A DNA stretch of 64,000 bases from Schmidtea nova (Eukaryota). The position numbers and the translations under genes were made by a program. The notes under the pieces are model-generated. The model had not been told where the DNA came from, did not search any database, and saw only the letters and a program-made list of their open reading frames with translations. Position 1 is the first letter of the stretch; each line of letters starts with the position of its first letter. Shown one piece after another: positions 1 to 13,300 of the stretch. The DNA lies in the NCBI GenBank assembly GCA_044892505.1, contig CM097882.1, positions 499,162,001-499,226,000 on the forward strand. The letters are read 5' to 3'.

Positions 1-2144
1 TAGTGGTTTTAAAAATTATTATAAACGTGTGAATTGTGAGCCTTTGATGATAAGATCATTTAATCCTAAAATAAACATACAAAACGCAATTTCTACATGC
101 ATTTTGAGTGTTTTATTAATTTTATTAGGGTAAATAAAGGTTTTATTGGATTGTGCATATGTAATTATGTAATCACTATTAAGCGTATAAATAAGATCAA
201 TTTTTACTTTATTGAGATTGTGGAAAGCCTGATGATGACAGCTAAGCTGTTGAAATATATTGCATTAATATATTTTAAAAAATGGTGTTCTTTTTATTTA
301 TATGAATAAATTGCCATTTTTATTTAATTGATTACTTATTAAAAGTATATATTTATATATTAAAAATACAATTTAAATAAATAAAATCAAATTACCAGAT
401 ATTGGTTTGAAAGTTAATTTTAAAACCGACCGCATATCGGTTTTAAATTAAATATATGGTAGTAGTGAAAATAACAATTGTAAATATAATTATTTACATT
501 AACTGTAATTAAAATATAAAAATATTTTTAAATTTGCGAAATTCGTATTTTCAAGGAAATCTTGAACCTTCCTCAAAACCCGGATCAGATAAAAATATAA
601 AAGATCCACACAATAAATTACACGCACTACATAGCAATCACACAATAAGTCTACATCACTTGCATAAAAATATAATTTGTTAAACCGTGTCATTTAGTAT
701 AAAAAGAATTTTGGATTTTGTAAAAAAAATAAAAAGATTTTGTTTCCTTAATAAAATTGTATAAAATTTTGTCTTTTAATAATTATATAAGTATAACCAC
801 TAACAAATAGATTGAGTATTCAAATAGTAGATATTTGAGATCTCACCATATGATTAAATTATGTAATGAATTAAAACGGAAATAAAACTTTACAAAGGCT
901 TATGATAAGGCTGGCTTAGAGAAATACACCACAATATCAGTCATTTGAAATAATATTTACTTAAATAATAAGTTAAAAACTTAACCCACTATAATATATT
1001 TTTGTAAAAAAAAATAAAATATTCTATCCGATCTTTTTGGTCATCACTGTCTCTGCCACCATAGAACCATTTGTTTTATCTATAACTCATGAATAATTTA
1101 AATTACAAATTAATTAATTTATCGTATCTAAAAGTTTTTTTCTAGAACTTTGAAAAAAATAATTAATCTAAAAATATTAAAATGAAATTAAAAGTTTAAA
1201 GATCTTTATTAATATTTGCTAATCAGTAAATTTGTTTAAGTCAATTGTTTACCTTATAATGCGAAAATTTAAAATTATTACTAAATATTTAATTATCACT
1301 AAATAAACGTTGTTTAAATTGATTGTTTTCATTAAATTTTGTTTATTTAAAAATAAATTCAAATTTTTAAAACTATAACTAAGGTTAAATAATTATTATT
1401 AATTTTACTAATTAACTTTGTTTAAATTAATTGTTTGCTCAGAAATGTGTTTATTTGAAATTAATTATATAAACTATATGAAAAGTTGTACTGATTTTAG
1501 TTATTGTGAATTGTCAGATTTGAATAGATAATGAATTTATTGTGTTGGGTCTCAGTTATATTGTTATTGACGGAGTACGAGGAGTCAGAAACTAGACCGA
1601 CTCAAATTAGTAACACAACACGATGAAAGGAGAGGTGAAAATCTTAGACCAGTTTTTAAAAACCAAGTTTTTACCTGAAAGTACATAATTGTACCTAACT
1701 TGTTTTGTCATATAAAGCCTGATGTTTTTAAAAAGTTTCAGTCGATCTGAATCCATTCAAACAATGATGACACTAAATTCTCTGAATTCTAACATCAGAA
1801 AGAGTTTAACAATTCAAGAGCCTATTAAGATTGGTAACTATTTTATAATGAAGAGTCACTTTCCTCTAACAAAATCAAATTAATTTTAGTTTTCCCTACA
1901 ACTTTTGACATATTAATAATGTCTACAAATAGGTGTTTCATTTCTTAATTATTTTCATAGTCTTCAATTAAATTTCTTTCATCATGTGAAAGGATATTTA
2001 TCGATAATCCAGGGTTGTATCTGAAATTTAGGATTATTACATAATTTTATGGGTAAATCAGAAGGATAGATAACAAGGTTTGTAATATTATAATTATAAG
2101 ACTTAACTCCATTTTATATCACCTCATCATATTTTAAAATTTCC

Positions 2145-2149
<5 letters not shown>

Positions 2150-2191
<42 letters not shown>
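2150..2191. repeat. (TA)n microsatellite
   Basis: Uninterrupted TA run; similar runs at ~23989-24028 and ~30072-30098. Confidence 0.95.
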
Positions 2192-2192
<1 letters not shown>

Positions 2193-4970
2193 CACATGTA
2201 ATAAGTATTTTTTTACATTGACAGTACAATCTTTTGATTTTAATCACATTGGGATTAAAATAAAACACTGACAGTTCAGTCTACTTTTTTTGTGAATATT
2301 CTGTAAGATTAAAGCTAGTTTCTTTAATTTTATTAATTGAGCAATTGGTACCATTTTCAGACTTTAGTAATTTTTTTCGGTTAATAAAGCAATACTAGTA
2401 GGGGAAGTGAGTGCTCTGGCACAAGCTAAAATGCCAGGACTGTATAAATTACGAATTAGTTATACAGTTTATCCCCCTCCCTCCTAAACAAATTTAGGTG
2501 GGAGGGGAGTGTACAAAAATTATACAATACCTCCTTAATTGTGTAGTCGATTACCTAACGTGTTACACAACATTTCCAATTAATTAACCGATGACGTATA
2601 AATGAAATGTCAAATAATCTTTTTTCAAAAAATTTCAAATTTATTAATTTTTTATAAATTTTTTTCAAAAACTTTAGAATAACATGGAGAATTTTAAAAA
2701 TCAGTTCTGCGTGGACAAATTCACAGGTAAAAAAGGTTTATTATCACAATTTTTAAAATGAATCGAATTTTAATATTTTTTATGGTAACCTATTAAGAAT
2801 TGAATTGCGGACAAGAATACATAAAAATTACAACATAAAAATCACTCTCTTCCGACAAAAAATCACACATAAAATGGCTCAACCCTCATAATTTCCAAAA
2901 ATTAAAAATTACTTTAAATTAAAAATTTTTAATGATAACATATTTGGAATTGAATTAACAATAAAAATACATAAAAACAAATGAGATAAAAAACTGCTCT
3001 CTTAAATGAAAAACAAAATTACCGGTAAAATTTCAAACAATCAAACAACGACAAAGTGAAAGAAAATCAGTATAGATTACTCTCCCAAGTCAAAATTTCA
3101 TGTAAAAAGTGTTGACTCTTGGAAAAACTAAAAATTATAAGTTATCAAGTAAATAGAAACATAATAAATTTTTTGATGAAAATATATTAACACAAATGCC
3201 AAGCAACAAAAAACTACTACCTCAAGTCATAAAAGATTCACACATGGAAATTAATAAACAAAAAGGATCAGCTCTCAGATTCACGTTAAATACTAATGTA
3301 AAAATACACACTCACAATTCCCAAAAATACAAAAGGTAAATTAAACTTAAAAAGAATATCATAGAAAATGAGAAATTAATTTAAATAATAGAAAGGGTTT
3401 TAAAAGCAAATCAACATTTTAAAGCCTAAAAACAAATTTTTAAGCAAAATACCTTTAATTTAAATTCAAAGAAAAAACATAAAATTCAAGGCATGAAATT
3501 TTTTAATTTTCAGTAAAAAGTCTAAAATATAAAGTTTCAAAGGAAAATTATAAAATTTCAAGTCACAAGTCTAAAAGGTAAATTACAATTAAAACTAACG
3601 ATAAAAATAATGAAAAATTATTTAAATTAATTCCAACTAACCGAATAATTATTATTAATAAATATATTTATACAAAAGAAAAACATGTTTTTTGTATATT
3701 AATTTGAGATTATTCCCTGAAAAAAATAATATTATAAAGAATAATAATTTAAATATTTATTGAAATTTTAGTCAATGTGAATTTATCACACTAGGCTCTC
3801 TTTCTTTTTCAATCAGTCGTATTTATGTAGCCAACCAGAACTTTTACACAATTACCTACAAAGCATTGGATAATTGGAGCCTGTTGGGATACAAGCGTGT
3901 ATGAATACTTGGGTATTTAAACCTGACACTTAAAGCTGATGTTGCTTTGAGTGTATCAGTTACAAGCTAAATATGGAACCGGAAACAAAAAATTTAGTTT
4001 TTGCATAACATAGGTACTAAATGTGATAAATTTGGTAGGAAAACTTTTAAAAGTCATCAATTTTAATATAAAATTTGATCAATTTTGTATATTAAAATCA
4101 ATAATAATAAAGAAAATAATACATTAAACAATAATAAATTTAAGGTAATAAATCGTTAAACAATAAAATAAGTAAAAGTAAAACCTTAACAGATAATTAT
4201 AGTTATTAATAATACAAAATAATTAAAATAAATTATTATTTAATTAAAATTTTCTTACTATTATTAAAAATAAATTAACATGGTTAAAATTAAAAAAAAT
4301 AATTCATTAAAAATATTTAAATTAATTATTTACTTGCTTTATTTGTAACCGTAATAAATTAAGGTGCTTATTTAAAATTTAAGAAAAAATCAAATGTATA
4401 TTTTATGTTTTTTGCTTACTGTATTTTAAAAATAATCATCTACTGAAAATAATAAAATTATTTTAAATATAATCATATTATGTTTATAATTTTAAGAAAT
4501 TTTAAATATAAAAGTTCAATAATTTTCATAATAATATTTCTAAGACTATAGATAAATTATTTTTATTGGGCACCGACTTCAAAATGTGTAATAAATTTCT
4601 AATGTAATTTTTAAATTTTATATTTTTAAAAATAATTAACAATTTTTGATAGATATACTTGACGAAATTGATGTTTTATTAAATATAGTTGATTTAAAAT
4701 AAATTATAAATTTAAATTATAAATTTAAAAAAATTATAAATAAAATTTATCATATTTTTTTTAATTTTTAATAATTTAATATGATATTAATGAATCATAA
4801 ATATATCTGATAAATTTTGATATAAATTACCTATTAAAACAAAAATTAAAAAATTAACAATTAAGAGATTAAAGGCTTTAAATCAAAATTATTAAAAATT
4901 ATATTATTGACTATATTAAAAAATATATAATTTGTTTAAAAACGTTGTTAAATTTTAATATTTTGTTATA

Positions 4971-6521
4971 ATGAATTCCGACGATGATAACACATGTCTA
5001 ATTTGTTACGATACTATTGAGAAAGCTGTACGATTTGAGGAATGCCTTCACAGATTTTGTATTTCATGCGGATATGAATTATTATTTCAATCAAAAAGAA
5101 AATGCCCCCTTGATAGAATTGAAATACGGAAACTTCAAATTGTAAATGAATCAGACCAAGATCACTCTCTAATCCCATTTGAACCGGTAACAAATATTCT
5201 TGTAGACATGGTAGCGCAATATCCTCAGTTATTTGTTTCGGACATTGTGATATTTTGGAATAGCTGTTTTTTGAACCTTTTTAGTGCAATAAGAGCCATA
5301 AAATTTTCATTAAAATCTATGCTATCGTTTCTGAAATCTCTCTCTGAAATACAACAAGAAATCAATTTAAATGATTCCACACGATTGAATTTTGAATGTC
5401 TATTGATGTTTAGGAAAATCAATCAAATCCAACAAAAAATCGCTAAAAATTGTGCAAAATATAACGTTTATTATTCTTTTCTCTGTCGAAGGAATAAAAA
5501 TAATTTAACTGAATTTGAAATTTCTGTCATTAATTTCAAGCATATTCAAGTGATTTTTGATTCAATTTTTTACTTTGATAGTTTTTGTGATTTTTCACTT
5601 GTATATAATTTTGTTCCTAGTTTTAGAAAAATCGAAAATCTGTTAGATTTAATTTTAAACAAAATAAAAATCATCGATAATATCAAATCATCAATGAAAG
5701 CGCTGACAATATGTTTCGCATCCAATGATAGCGAGGCATATAGATCAATAAAAAATTCTGAGGAAATAATCGATAAAAATCCCTTAATTAGCAACATGAA
5801 ATGGCATTCGGTTGATAATTATGGAGAATTTGATTTAAATAAATTTGTGATTACTCATGAAAGTTGTCCAATGGAATCTCATGGAAATTCCAGAATTCCG
5901 ATAAATGTCGATAAATCTACAAATCGCAATAAATCAATTTTGGCATTGATATCAGATTTTATTTCAACTCTAATTAATTTTAACAAAATGAAATTGTTGA
6001 AATTATTAAATGTTTTAACAACAACCGATTTTGTAAATAACGTCAATTTGGTTGTTTTGGAATTCAAAAAATTTTCAACCAATGAAAACATTCAAAAATT
6101 CTGCATGGACTTGAGAAGCAATTATTTTATTGATTTCGACCGATTGGAAATTATCGATTTACAATTCCAAAACCTTTTTCACATATTGATTTCCAATAAT
6201 CCAAATTTCGATTGGTTGAAGAAAAGTTACGATTTTAAAGTTATCAATTATTTACTAATGGACATGGAATACTTCCAAGAAATCTGTGATGAGTTTTGCG
6301 AACTTCAAAATTTTCTTTTGAATGTCTATCAAAAGTCGGATATTTTTTCTATCAGCATTTCGAATTCACTTAAAAGAGAAATTAAAACATTTTTGGTCAC
6401 TATCGAGAAATATCTTAATAATCAAGCTCATATTAATTTGGAAAAGAATTCAGAAATTTATCAAAATTATGAATTAACAAAAATTCAATTCAAAATTTGG
6501 AAAAATCAGAATTTTAAATAA
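4971..6521 (+). CDS. Intronless RING-finger protein, 516 aa (RING-HC with Asp as last ligand, putative E3 ubiquitin ligase)
   Basis: N-terminal CLIC-x12-CLHRFCISC-x10-CPLDR matches the C3HC3D RING pattern seen in TRAF/RNF41-type RINGs. The rest is an unrecognised helical region. Long uninterrupted ORF in AT-rich DNA. Confidence 0.85.
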   Translation: MNSDDDNTCLICYDTIEKAVRFEECLHRFCISCGYELLFQSKRKCPLDRIEIRKLQIVNESDQDHSLIPFEPVTNILVDMVAQYPQLFVSDIVIFWNSCFLNLFSAIRAIKFSLKSMLSFLKSLSEIQQEINLNDSTRLNFECLLMFRKINQIQQKIAKNCAKYNVYYSFLCRRNKNNLTEFEISVINFKHIQVIFDSIFYFDSFCDFSLVYNFVPSFRKIENLLDLILNKIKIIDNIKSSMKALTICFASNDSEAYRSIKNSEEIIDKNPLISNMKWHSVDNYGEFDLNKFVITHESCPMESHGNSRIPINVDKSTNRNKSILALISDFISTLINFNKMKLLKLLNVLTTTDFVNNVNLVVLEFKKFSTNENIQKFCMDLRSNYFIDFDRLEIIDLQFQNLFHILISNNPNFDWLKKSYDFKVINYLLMDMEYFQEICDEFCELQNFLLNVYQKSDIFSISISNSLKREIKTFLVTIEKYLNNQAHINLEKNSEIYQNYELTKIQFKIWKNQNFK

Positions 6522-7077
6522 ATTTTATTTTTATCCCAATTTAAAAAGAATATTTTTTTTTCATTTACTTTTTCATAAATGTTAATTCTCATTTACAAAT
6601 CCACCGGATTAAAATTGTTGGTTTTTTTTATTAAGTCAGTACAAATCTCTCACTCCTCATGTTCCTTTTACAATAAAAGTACCCAGCCCAATAACTTTTA
6701 TTTAATTTCAATACACAATTACAATTTTGTTAACACTTGTTAATAATCTCCACTTTAAGCGATAGGGTAGGTATCCCAATGGGAGATCTTCTTTTCTGGT
6801 AAGCAATACATGATTTGAAGTTAAACTCTAGTTAGCTTTCTGATAAACTCGCAAAACTATCTTCAACTAATTGTCAAGAATACTAAATTCGTATCTCATT
6901 TTAGTGTTTTTGATTGAATTATTGGTCAGTGCTTCTTGATAAATTTTATATTTCCCCAGGTTTTCTGATAATTAATTTGTTCGGGGGAAATTAATTTGCC
7001 GATTCTCACCTGAGCTTTATCTACATCATTAAATTTTTCCTAATAAATAAACAATTTTGTTATTGACTCAGGTTATA

Positions 7078-8481
7078 TTAACATCTCACTTGAAAAGACA
7101 AACGAATCGGTATTTCTTGTACCAAAAAATCTAAAGAAGACAAATATTTAGATCCTGATAGGTTATCGAGTAATTGAGATATGATGGGCATATGAAAAGA
7201 TTCTCTTTCTGTCATCTTATTCAACTCTCGATAGTCTACGCACATTCTTTTTGAGCCGTCTTTCTTTCCCACTTCGACCAATGCGGAGATCCGTGGACTT
7301 TTAAAGCGTCTTATAACTCCAGCTTTGTTAAATCCTTTATCATATCGTCAATTTTATGTTCTAGATGCATCGGTTGTCGTCTTGGGAATCGCATTGTTGG
7401 ATTCCCAGATGTGTTAATTTCATGTTCAGCGATTCTTGTGAATCCTAAATCAAATCTAGCTGCCATAAATATTGACCCGAATTCATCTAATAATTTGTTA
7501 ATTGTTGGCAATTCATTTTTCCTAATTTATTTATTGATTTTTGTCTTCTCTCGTCATCATAATAATTACTAATCCTTGTCTCGGATTCAGTATTGTTAAT
7601 TTCCATCAACTGCACTCCAAATGTTTTCAAAGTATCTACCCCACCAATAAAACCTGGAAATATATTTTTTATAACAATTATTTTGATAGTTCTCATCTTT
7701 TTGTGCCAATAAACATTTATTTCTGTACATCCTTTATCATCATTTATCATCAGCTTGCTCCATTCTCTTCCATCTTATATCACATACCTCATTCCTTCAG
7801 CTCTGTCATTCCGATTTTCTTTCTTTACAACTCCATTGAAAAAAATGTATGCAATGGAGTTCCTAGTGTTTTTATTCAGTTTTCACATCATGAATTACAT
7901 AATCATTAATTGATTCTCTGGTTTCTGCATCATGAATGCGTGTCTCTCCGAATGACTGTTTCTCCGAATGCATGTTTCTGATGATCATAAAGATTGCCTT
8001 ACTACCCAACTTACTATATATTGGTCTTGATGATCCGATAGTCCCGATATCAATCGCCCCTGCCTGATCCAAATATCCAAAGGCCCTACATCGGGCGATG
8101 ACTAGAACGAAAGAAAAATTGATCGAATCTAAGTCTTTTCCTTCTGGGGTCAGACTCGTGTGTCTGTCTCTTCGAAGCAAAAGTTTTTTTGAAATAAAAT
8201 TTGTAGGCCTACTTATCAGGGTAGGTCGCCTTAAAAAAAGAAGGGCCGATATGAAAAAACGCTTTCAAACTGTTTCGTCTGCGGTGATTCCTTTCTGTAA
8301 AGTTTCAAGGTCAGAGATCGGTTTGCTCAGAAACGTGGATGGCTTTTGATCGTCTATGTTCAAACGTTTGAAATAACGATGAAAAATGTTTGACTAGGAC
8401 TCAGAATAGAAATGAAGTACAGAGACTTTTAGAATTTGAATGGGGTTGAATGTGATGCAGCTAACACTATTGCCTCACTAA
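7078..8481 (-). pseudogene. Degraded Ty3/gypsy gag C-terminus, protease and RT N-terminus (element X)
   Basis: RT motifs VEVGKKDGSKRMCVDYRELNK...LDNLSGSKYLSSLD and TRIAEHEINTSG-PT-RFPRRQP; protease-like tail FIGGVDTLKTFGV; Gag motif DDQKPSTFLSK. Multiple stops and frameshifts. Confidence 0.85.
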
Positions 8482-10140
8482 TGTTAGAAGATGGGAGAAT
8501 CCTAAAAATATTAAAATTAAAATATTACACAATAGGGGCAGATAGATATAGAATAAATATACATATACAGGAATAAGCTACAGAAAAATTGGTTTGATGA
8601 CAACTTTCAAGATAACTATGAGGATAACAATTTGGTGATTTATTTTGACAATTATGACTATATTGATTATGTTACTATTTTATTTTATTTTGATCATAAC
8701 AATTATAACTGTATTGATTGTTTGGTTACTTTTATTTTTATGGTGATTGATGTAAGAGAAAGATTATTTAATAGATGTTATATTTTGTCAGTCCGAATTT
8801 TTAAAGAAATCATTGTTTTGCATTAAAATAAAAAATGGAAATTATAAATAACATTTGCTGTCCAATTTCAATTGTGCAGTTGCAAGTACAAAAAAAAGAT
8901 TTAATTTATTTATTTAATTAATTAATTAATTTTTATATAAAGATTATACAAAGAAATTAGTTACTAAACCAATTTATTTTGCGTAACCCCTTTATAAAAA
9001 TTTGTGTAACCATTTGATCAAGTAATTTAATATTTGCTGTATTAGAATTGTTTTGTATAAAATAATAAATTTCAATAAAAACAATACTAACGGCTAAAAT
9101 AAGTTCCAAATGTAGAACGTGGATAAAAAGCGCAACATAAACCAAAATATTCGTGATCCCAAATCATAAAGGAGTAGTGTAATAGGCTAACGGTTTTAGT
9201 AGAATGCGAGGGACACGTCGCACGAGTTCCGGCTCTTCACCTTTGGGGTTTCTAAATAATAATAAATAATAATAATAAACCATAATAATAAATAAAATAA
9301 CTTGTGAAATAAAAATGTGATATCATAATGCACATTTGTACAAACAAAAAATTGAGCAATGCTCAAAAATAAATAATGCACATATTGTGCAAGACAAACA
9401 ATTTTGCACTTAAGCGCAATTTACTAATTAAAATTAAAAAAAAATTTTTTTTAATAATGGTTTAAAATATAAAATATAATTATGTTTTAATAATAATTCA
9501 AAAAATATTTCATTGTTCAAATTAATAAGATACATGCTCTTCTTCCATAGAAACATTACAAAATTATAACTTTTTAATGATTAAAACAAAAATGAATAAT
9601 AACAACTTAAAAATAAAACAAATAAAATAATTTATTCTAATAATGCGAGAAAACACCTTTTTAACATCAAGGATGCTGGGATATCTAATAAATCTAAAAA
9701 TATTAACCCCCAATTTTGTACTTTAAAATTAACGGAAATTTCGAGGAATTAACAACATATTGGATAGACAAAGCGTATTGACATTCGAAATGAGGTGTCA
9801 ACAAGAATTTACTATATATACAGACTGATCTTTCAGTCAAACCACCCAAAAAAATTATTTGCGAAGAAGAATTGCAAATTCAGTAGTTGATATTGCAATA
9901 TAAATTCGAGCATACAAATTTACATAACCGAGCTCAGGTAACAGCATTTGGAGACTATTAACAAAGAAAACAAGATAAAAAGAGAATTTTATATAAAACA
10001 ACATTATTAATTGTGTGAAAGGTGAATATTTTATTTTGTAATATATAATTATTGTTATCAAATAAAAGTTTTGAAAGAACCAGTGTTTGACTTATTTATT
10101 TATATAAGATCATTAAGTTGAGATTCTTGGAACCTCAACA
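8482..10140 (+). mobile_element. Solo LTR (~1.66 kb) of a long-LTR gypsy family, inserted in the gag of element X
   Basis: Starts TGTTAGAAGATGGG and ends CCTCAACA, flanked by 4-bp direct repeat CTAA (8478-8481, 10141-10144). Both termini match the LTR at 61495-63208. Confidence 0.85.
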
Positions 10141-10349
10141 CTAATATGCGAAAGGATTTCGTGGGGTAAGTTTTGCAATAGGTAATTGTATTGTTGCTTT
10201 TGTGTGGTTATGTTGCAACTTTGAAAATATGTTTCCATGATTAAAAAACCACGCCGTAGGAGATCCTTGTTTGTTGAGGAAAAAATGACATGGTTTATTG
10301 ATTTGGTGAATTGTGTTCGGGTAACTTCTATCGCCATTTCCCTCATCAT
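10141..10349 (-). pseudogene. Gag N-terminus (DUF7041-like) of gypsy element X
   Basis: FLIMETYFQSCNITTQKQQYNYLLQNLPHEILSHIS resembles the WF..E..F....IT....KY.Y....LP Gag motif. It continues as EAIVLAASHSTPFKF across the LTR insertion at 8481. Confidence 0.7.
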
Positions 10350-13300
10350 TATTGTGGTGGGTTGTTGATCGTCAATATGACCTTGACGTTTCTATGGCTC
10401 TCATCAACAACTCAACACGTAAAACATTGAAATTACCATCTTGTTACCCGTCACTATGTAACGTTGGTACTGTAACAAGTGGGTGGGTATTCGCAATCAG
10501 TGAGCGTCGTCAATACGAAACTATGATTGACCGAATATCTCCTGGGTCCAAGGGCTACCGATAGAAGGTTTAATGCCCGTTTTTGTCCCTTCTTACATGA
10601 TTTAACTACAAATATTTTTTCAATAAACAGGTTCATCAATACAAATTTATTAATTTTTCTCCCGATTATTCATTATACATAGTATTATCCAAACGCACAG
10701 GAGTTTTCGCGCCTTCATTTTATTCACAAGCTCATGCTCAACATAACATCGCAATCTCAATTTAGGGATCGAAAAAAAACTTTGACCAACACATATATTC
10801 GGGGTATTTGATTTATGACGATTTTAGCTAAACTTTATTATTTTCTGGACCTTTTAAATTCGTATATTCTTATGTCAATAAATTTAATTAAACTCTCTTT
10901 ATCCCCTATACCTAATGTCTATCTTGCAGTTTCAATATATATATTTCTGATTTTATTAGAAAAAATTTTATTTAAATTTTTGAAATTTTGCCTCGTCCCT
11001 AGCAACAGGTAATGAAGCAAATTTTTCCAATATTTTGTCTGTTTAATTTATAAATTTGTTAGAGGTTTTGTGAAATTTATTTTAATTTTTAAATTGTAGA
11101 ATTTTATTTTTATTTAAGAAAAACGGATTTCGGGTGTCCCTATGATATTCTTATCGTGATAATCCAAGTAAAGAAGAATCTATATAGGTGATTGGGTAAT
11201 TTATACTATAGACATTTACATTACATAATCATTATTTTAGATCGGAGAATTTAACTTGCACATTTCTGAATCCACATTTTCTGGTTATATGGAGGAACGT
11301 AAAGGTAATTAGTATTATTTATTATTTCCCTATAACCGTTCTATTCCTAGTTAAATGATTTGATATTTAAGAAAACATGAAAAAATCTCCTTCAAAAGAA
11401 AACTCAATCGAATTCTCAATTCAATGTAAGAAATAAATTTTCTTCAAATCGTCTCTCATGAGTGGGATATCGATCTATGATCAATTCATCCAGACTTTGG
11501 GCATCTACCTGGCGTCTAATCTCCTATCAAAAGCATCGCTATGCTAGTCGTGGTTCTAGCAATTCAATCTAATAACATCTGTTATCATTTCTAATATCGG
11601 ATACTGATACCTGTATCTCATTCAGCGGGTTGTGAATTCACTCTATTCACCGGCAAGAAAATTTCTCACGGCCATTTTCAAAGTTACTGAATTTTGTCGT
11701 ATTGTTCACATACATGCCGGAGGAAAAACTAAATTTGGAATTGCCTTCAAAATTTGGAAATTCTTCACTTTCGTCACTCATGCAATTCCACAATTCTCCA
11801 ATCCGTAACTTCGATGTTTGAAGGAATAATATCACTAACTGTGAATACTCAATAATTTCCCTTTGTATATTCAAATTCAATAAATTTTCATTGATATTTT
11901 TGTTGATAGTTATTGATTTATTTATTTTTTATTTCGAATTGCCCTGAGTGATTTGGCAGTCATGAACATTGTAGGCTCAAACTAAATATGCATGGGGTGG
12001 AATATTATTTTCACTTAAGGTAATATACGATAGTTGTAGGATTATGCTGAATGAATGTCTGAATTTCTTGACAATAAAATTAATCCATTGTTTTGGAAAT
12101 TAATTGGGTATCGAAGTATAGAGAAGGTAATTAAGTGGAATGATTGCCTTCGTTTTAGGGGGTTTAACGTGGGTTTTTTCCTTAGATGTGGTATGCTGGG
12201 TAGAAGAAAGGAGGGAATGAGATGAAGTGATTTGTATAACGGTATGGATTTTCATGTAGATTGTTGATTTTCAAGTTGGTGTGTATGTATAATATTAAGG
12301 ATATATTTTCTATTGTCATGACTATTTGTGATTGTATGTTAGGTAAAAAATGGTTCAGTGAATGGATGTGATTATATGAATACTTGTAGGTTTGACTGGA
12401 TGTATGATGCTAACTAACATAACTGTGTAGATTTTTTCGGTATGGTTTGCTTGTGTGTATATAACTGTTGAATGCTATTGAATGATACTGTGTATGTGTG
12501 TATATTGTATTTTATATGTATGTTGCTTGTGTATTAGTATGGATGATGCTATTGAATGAAATGGATGTAATTTTTCGCAAATAGGGATGCGTTATGATTT
12601 TGAGATATCGTGGGGGTAGTTATAATATACTATATACAAATTACATAAAATATTTTTAGAATTAAAATAATAATAATATTTTTTAAATTAAAATAATAAT
12701 AATAATTTTTATAATACTTTTTACAAATTTTAAATTTATAATTTTTATGAAAATTAAATAACGATAAAATTTATAATTTTTATAATGTAGATTTTTGAAT
12801 TTAAATTTTTATATTTTAAGAATAGATATATTAATCATAAAATTTTTCTATAAAATCTTGAATTCAGATTTTATAAAATGATAAGAATTATTATAATAAT
12901 AAAATTTCGATCTATAATCTTTATGGGTTTGAATATAATTCTTAATTTATAAATTCTTTGGAATTTTATAAAATGATAAAATCTTTTATGGAATAACAAT
13001 ATTAGGAAAATTTTTGGTTTATAATTTTTCATTATAAAATTTTTGCAATATAATAAAAAGTAAATTTTTTATTTTTAGATCAGAACGAAATTCACATAAT
13101 AATAAATTTTTATCCATAAATTTCGAAATCCAAATAAGCATTCGACCTAAAAAGTTTTGTATATTGCATAAAAATGAAAATAAAATAAGTTATAAATTTT
13201 TCAACGAATATTTTACACATCAAGTAAAGTGAATTTCGGTTTCGTCCGAGCATGAATTTCCCAATCAAAGTGCGCGCGAATTTTTCGGGACACTTCCCTT

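Noticed and set aside
97-693. Short F/I/L/Y/N-rich ORFs here and throughout the track
   Set aside because: Expected by chance in very AT-rich DNA; no motifs.
9195-9235. Group II intron domain-5-like hairpin (TGCGA...TCGCACG)
   Set aside because: Lacks the catalytic triad and GNRA geometry and any other intron domains; it lies inside an LTR.
11647-11880. ILFLQTSKLRIGELW resembles tyrosine-recombinase box I, or weakly the coiled-coil family motif
   Set aside because: No H-x-x-R or catalytic Tyr box found downstream; the match is too short to call either way.
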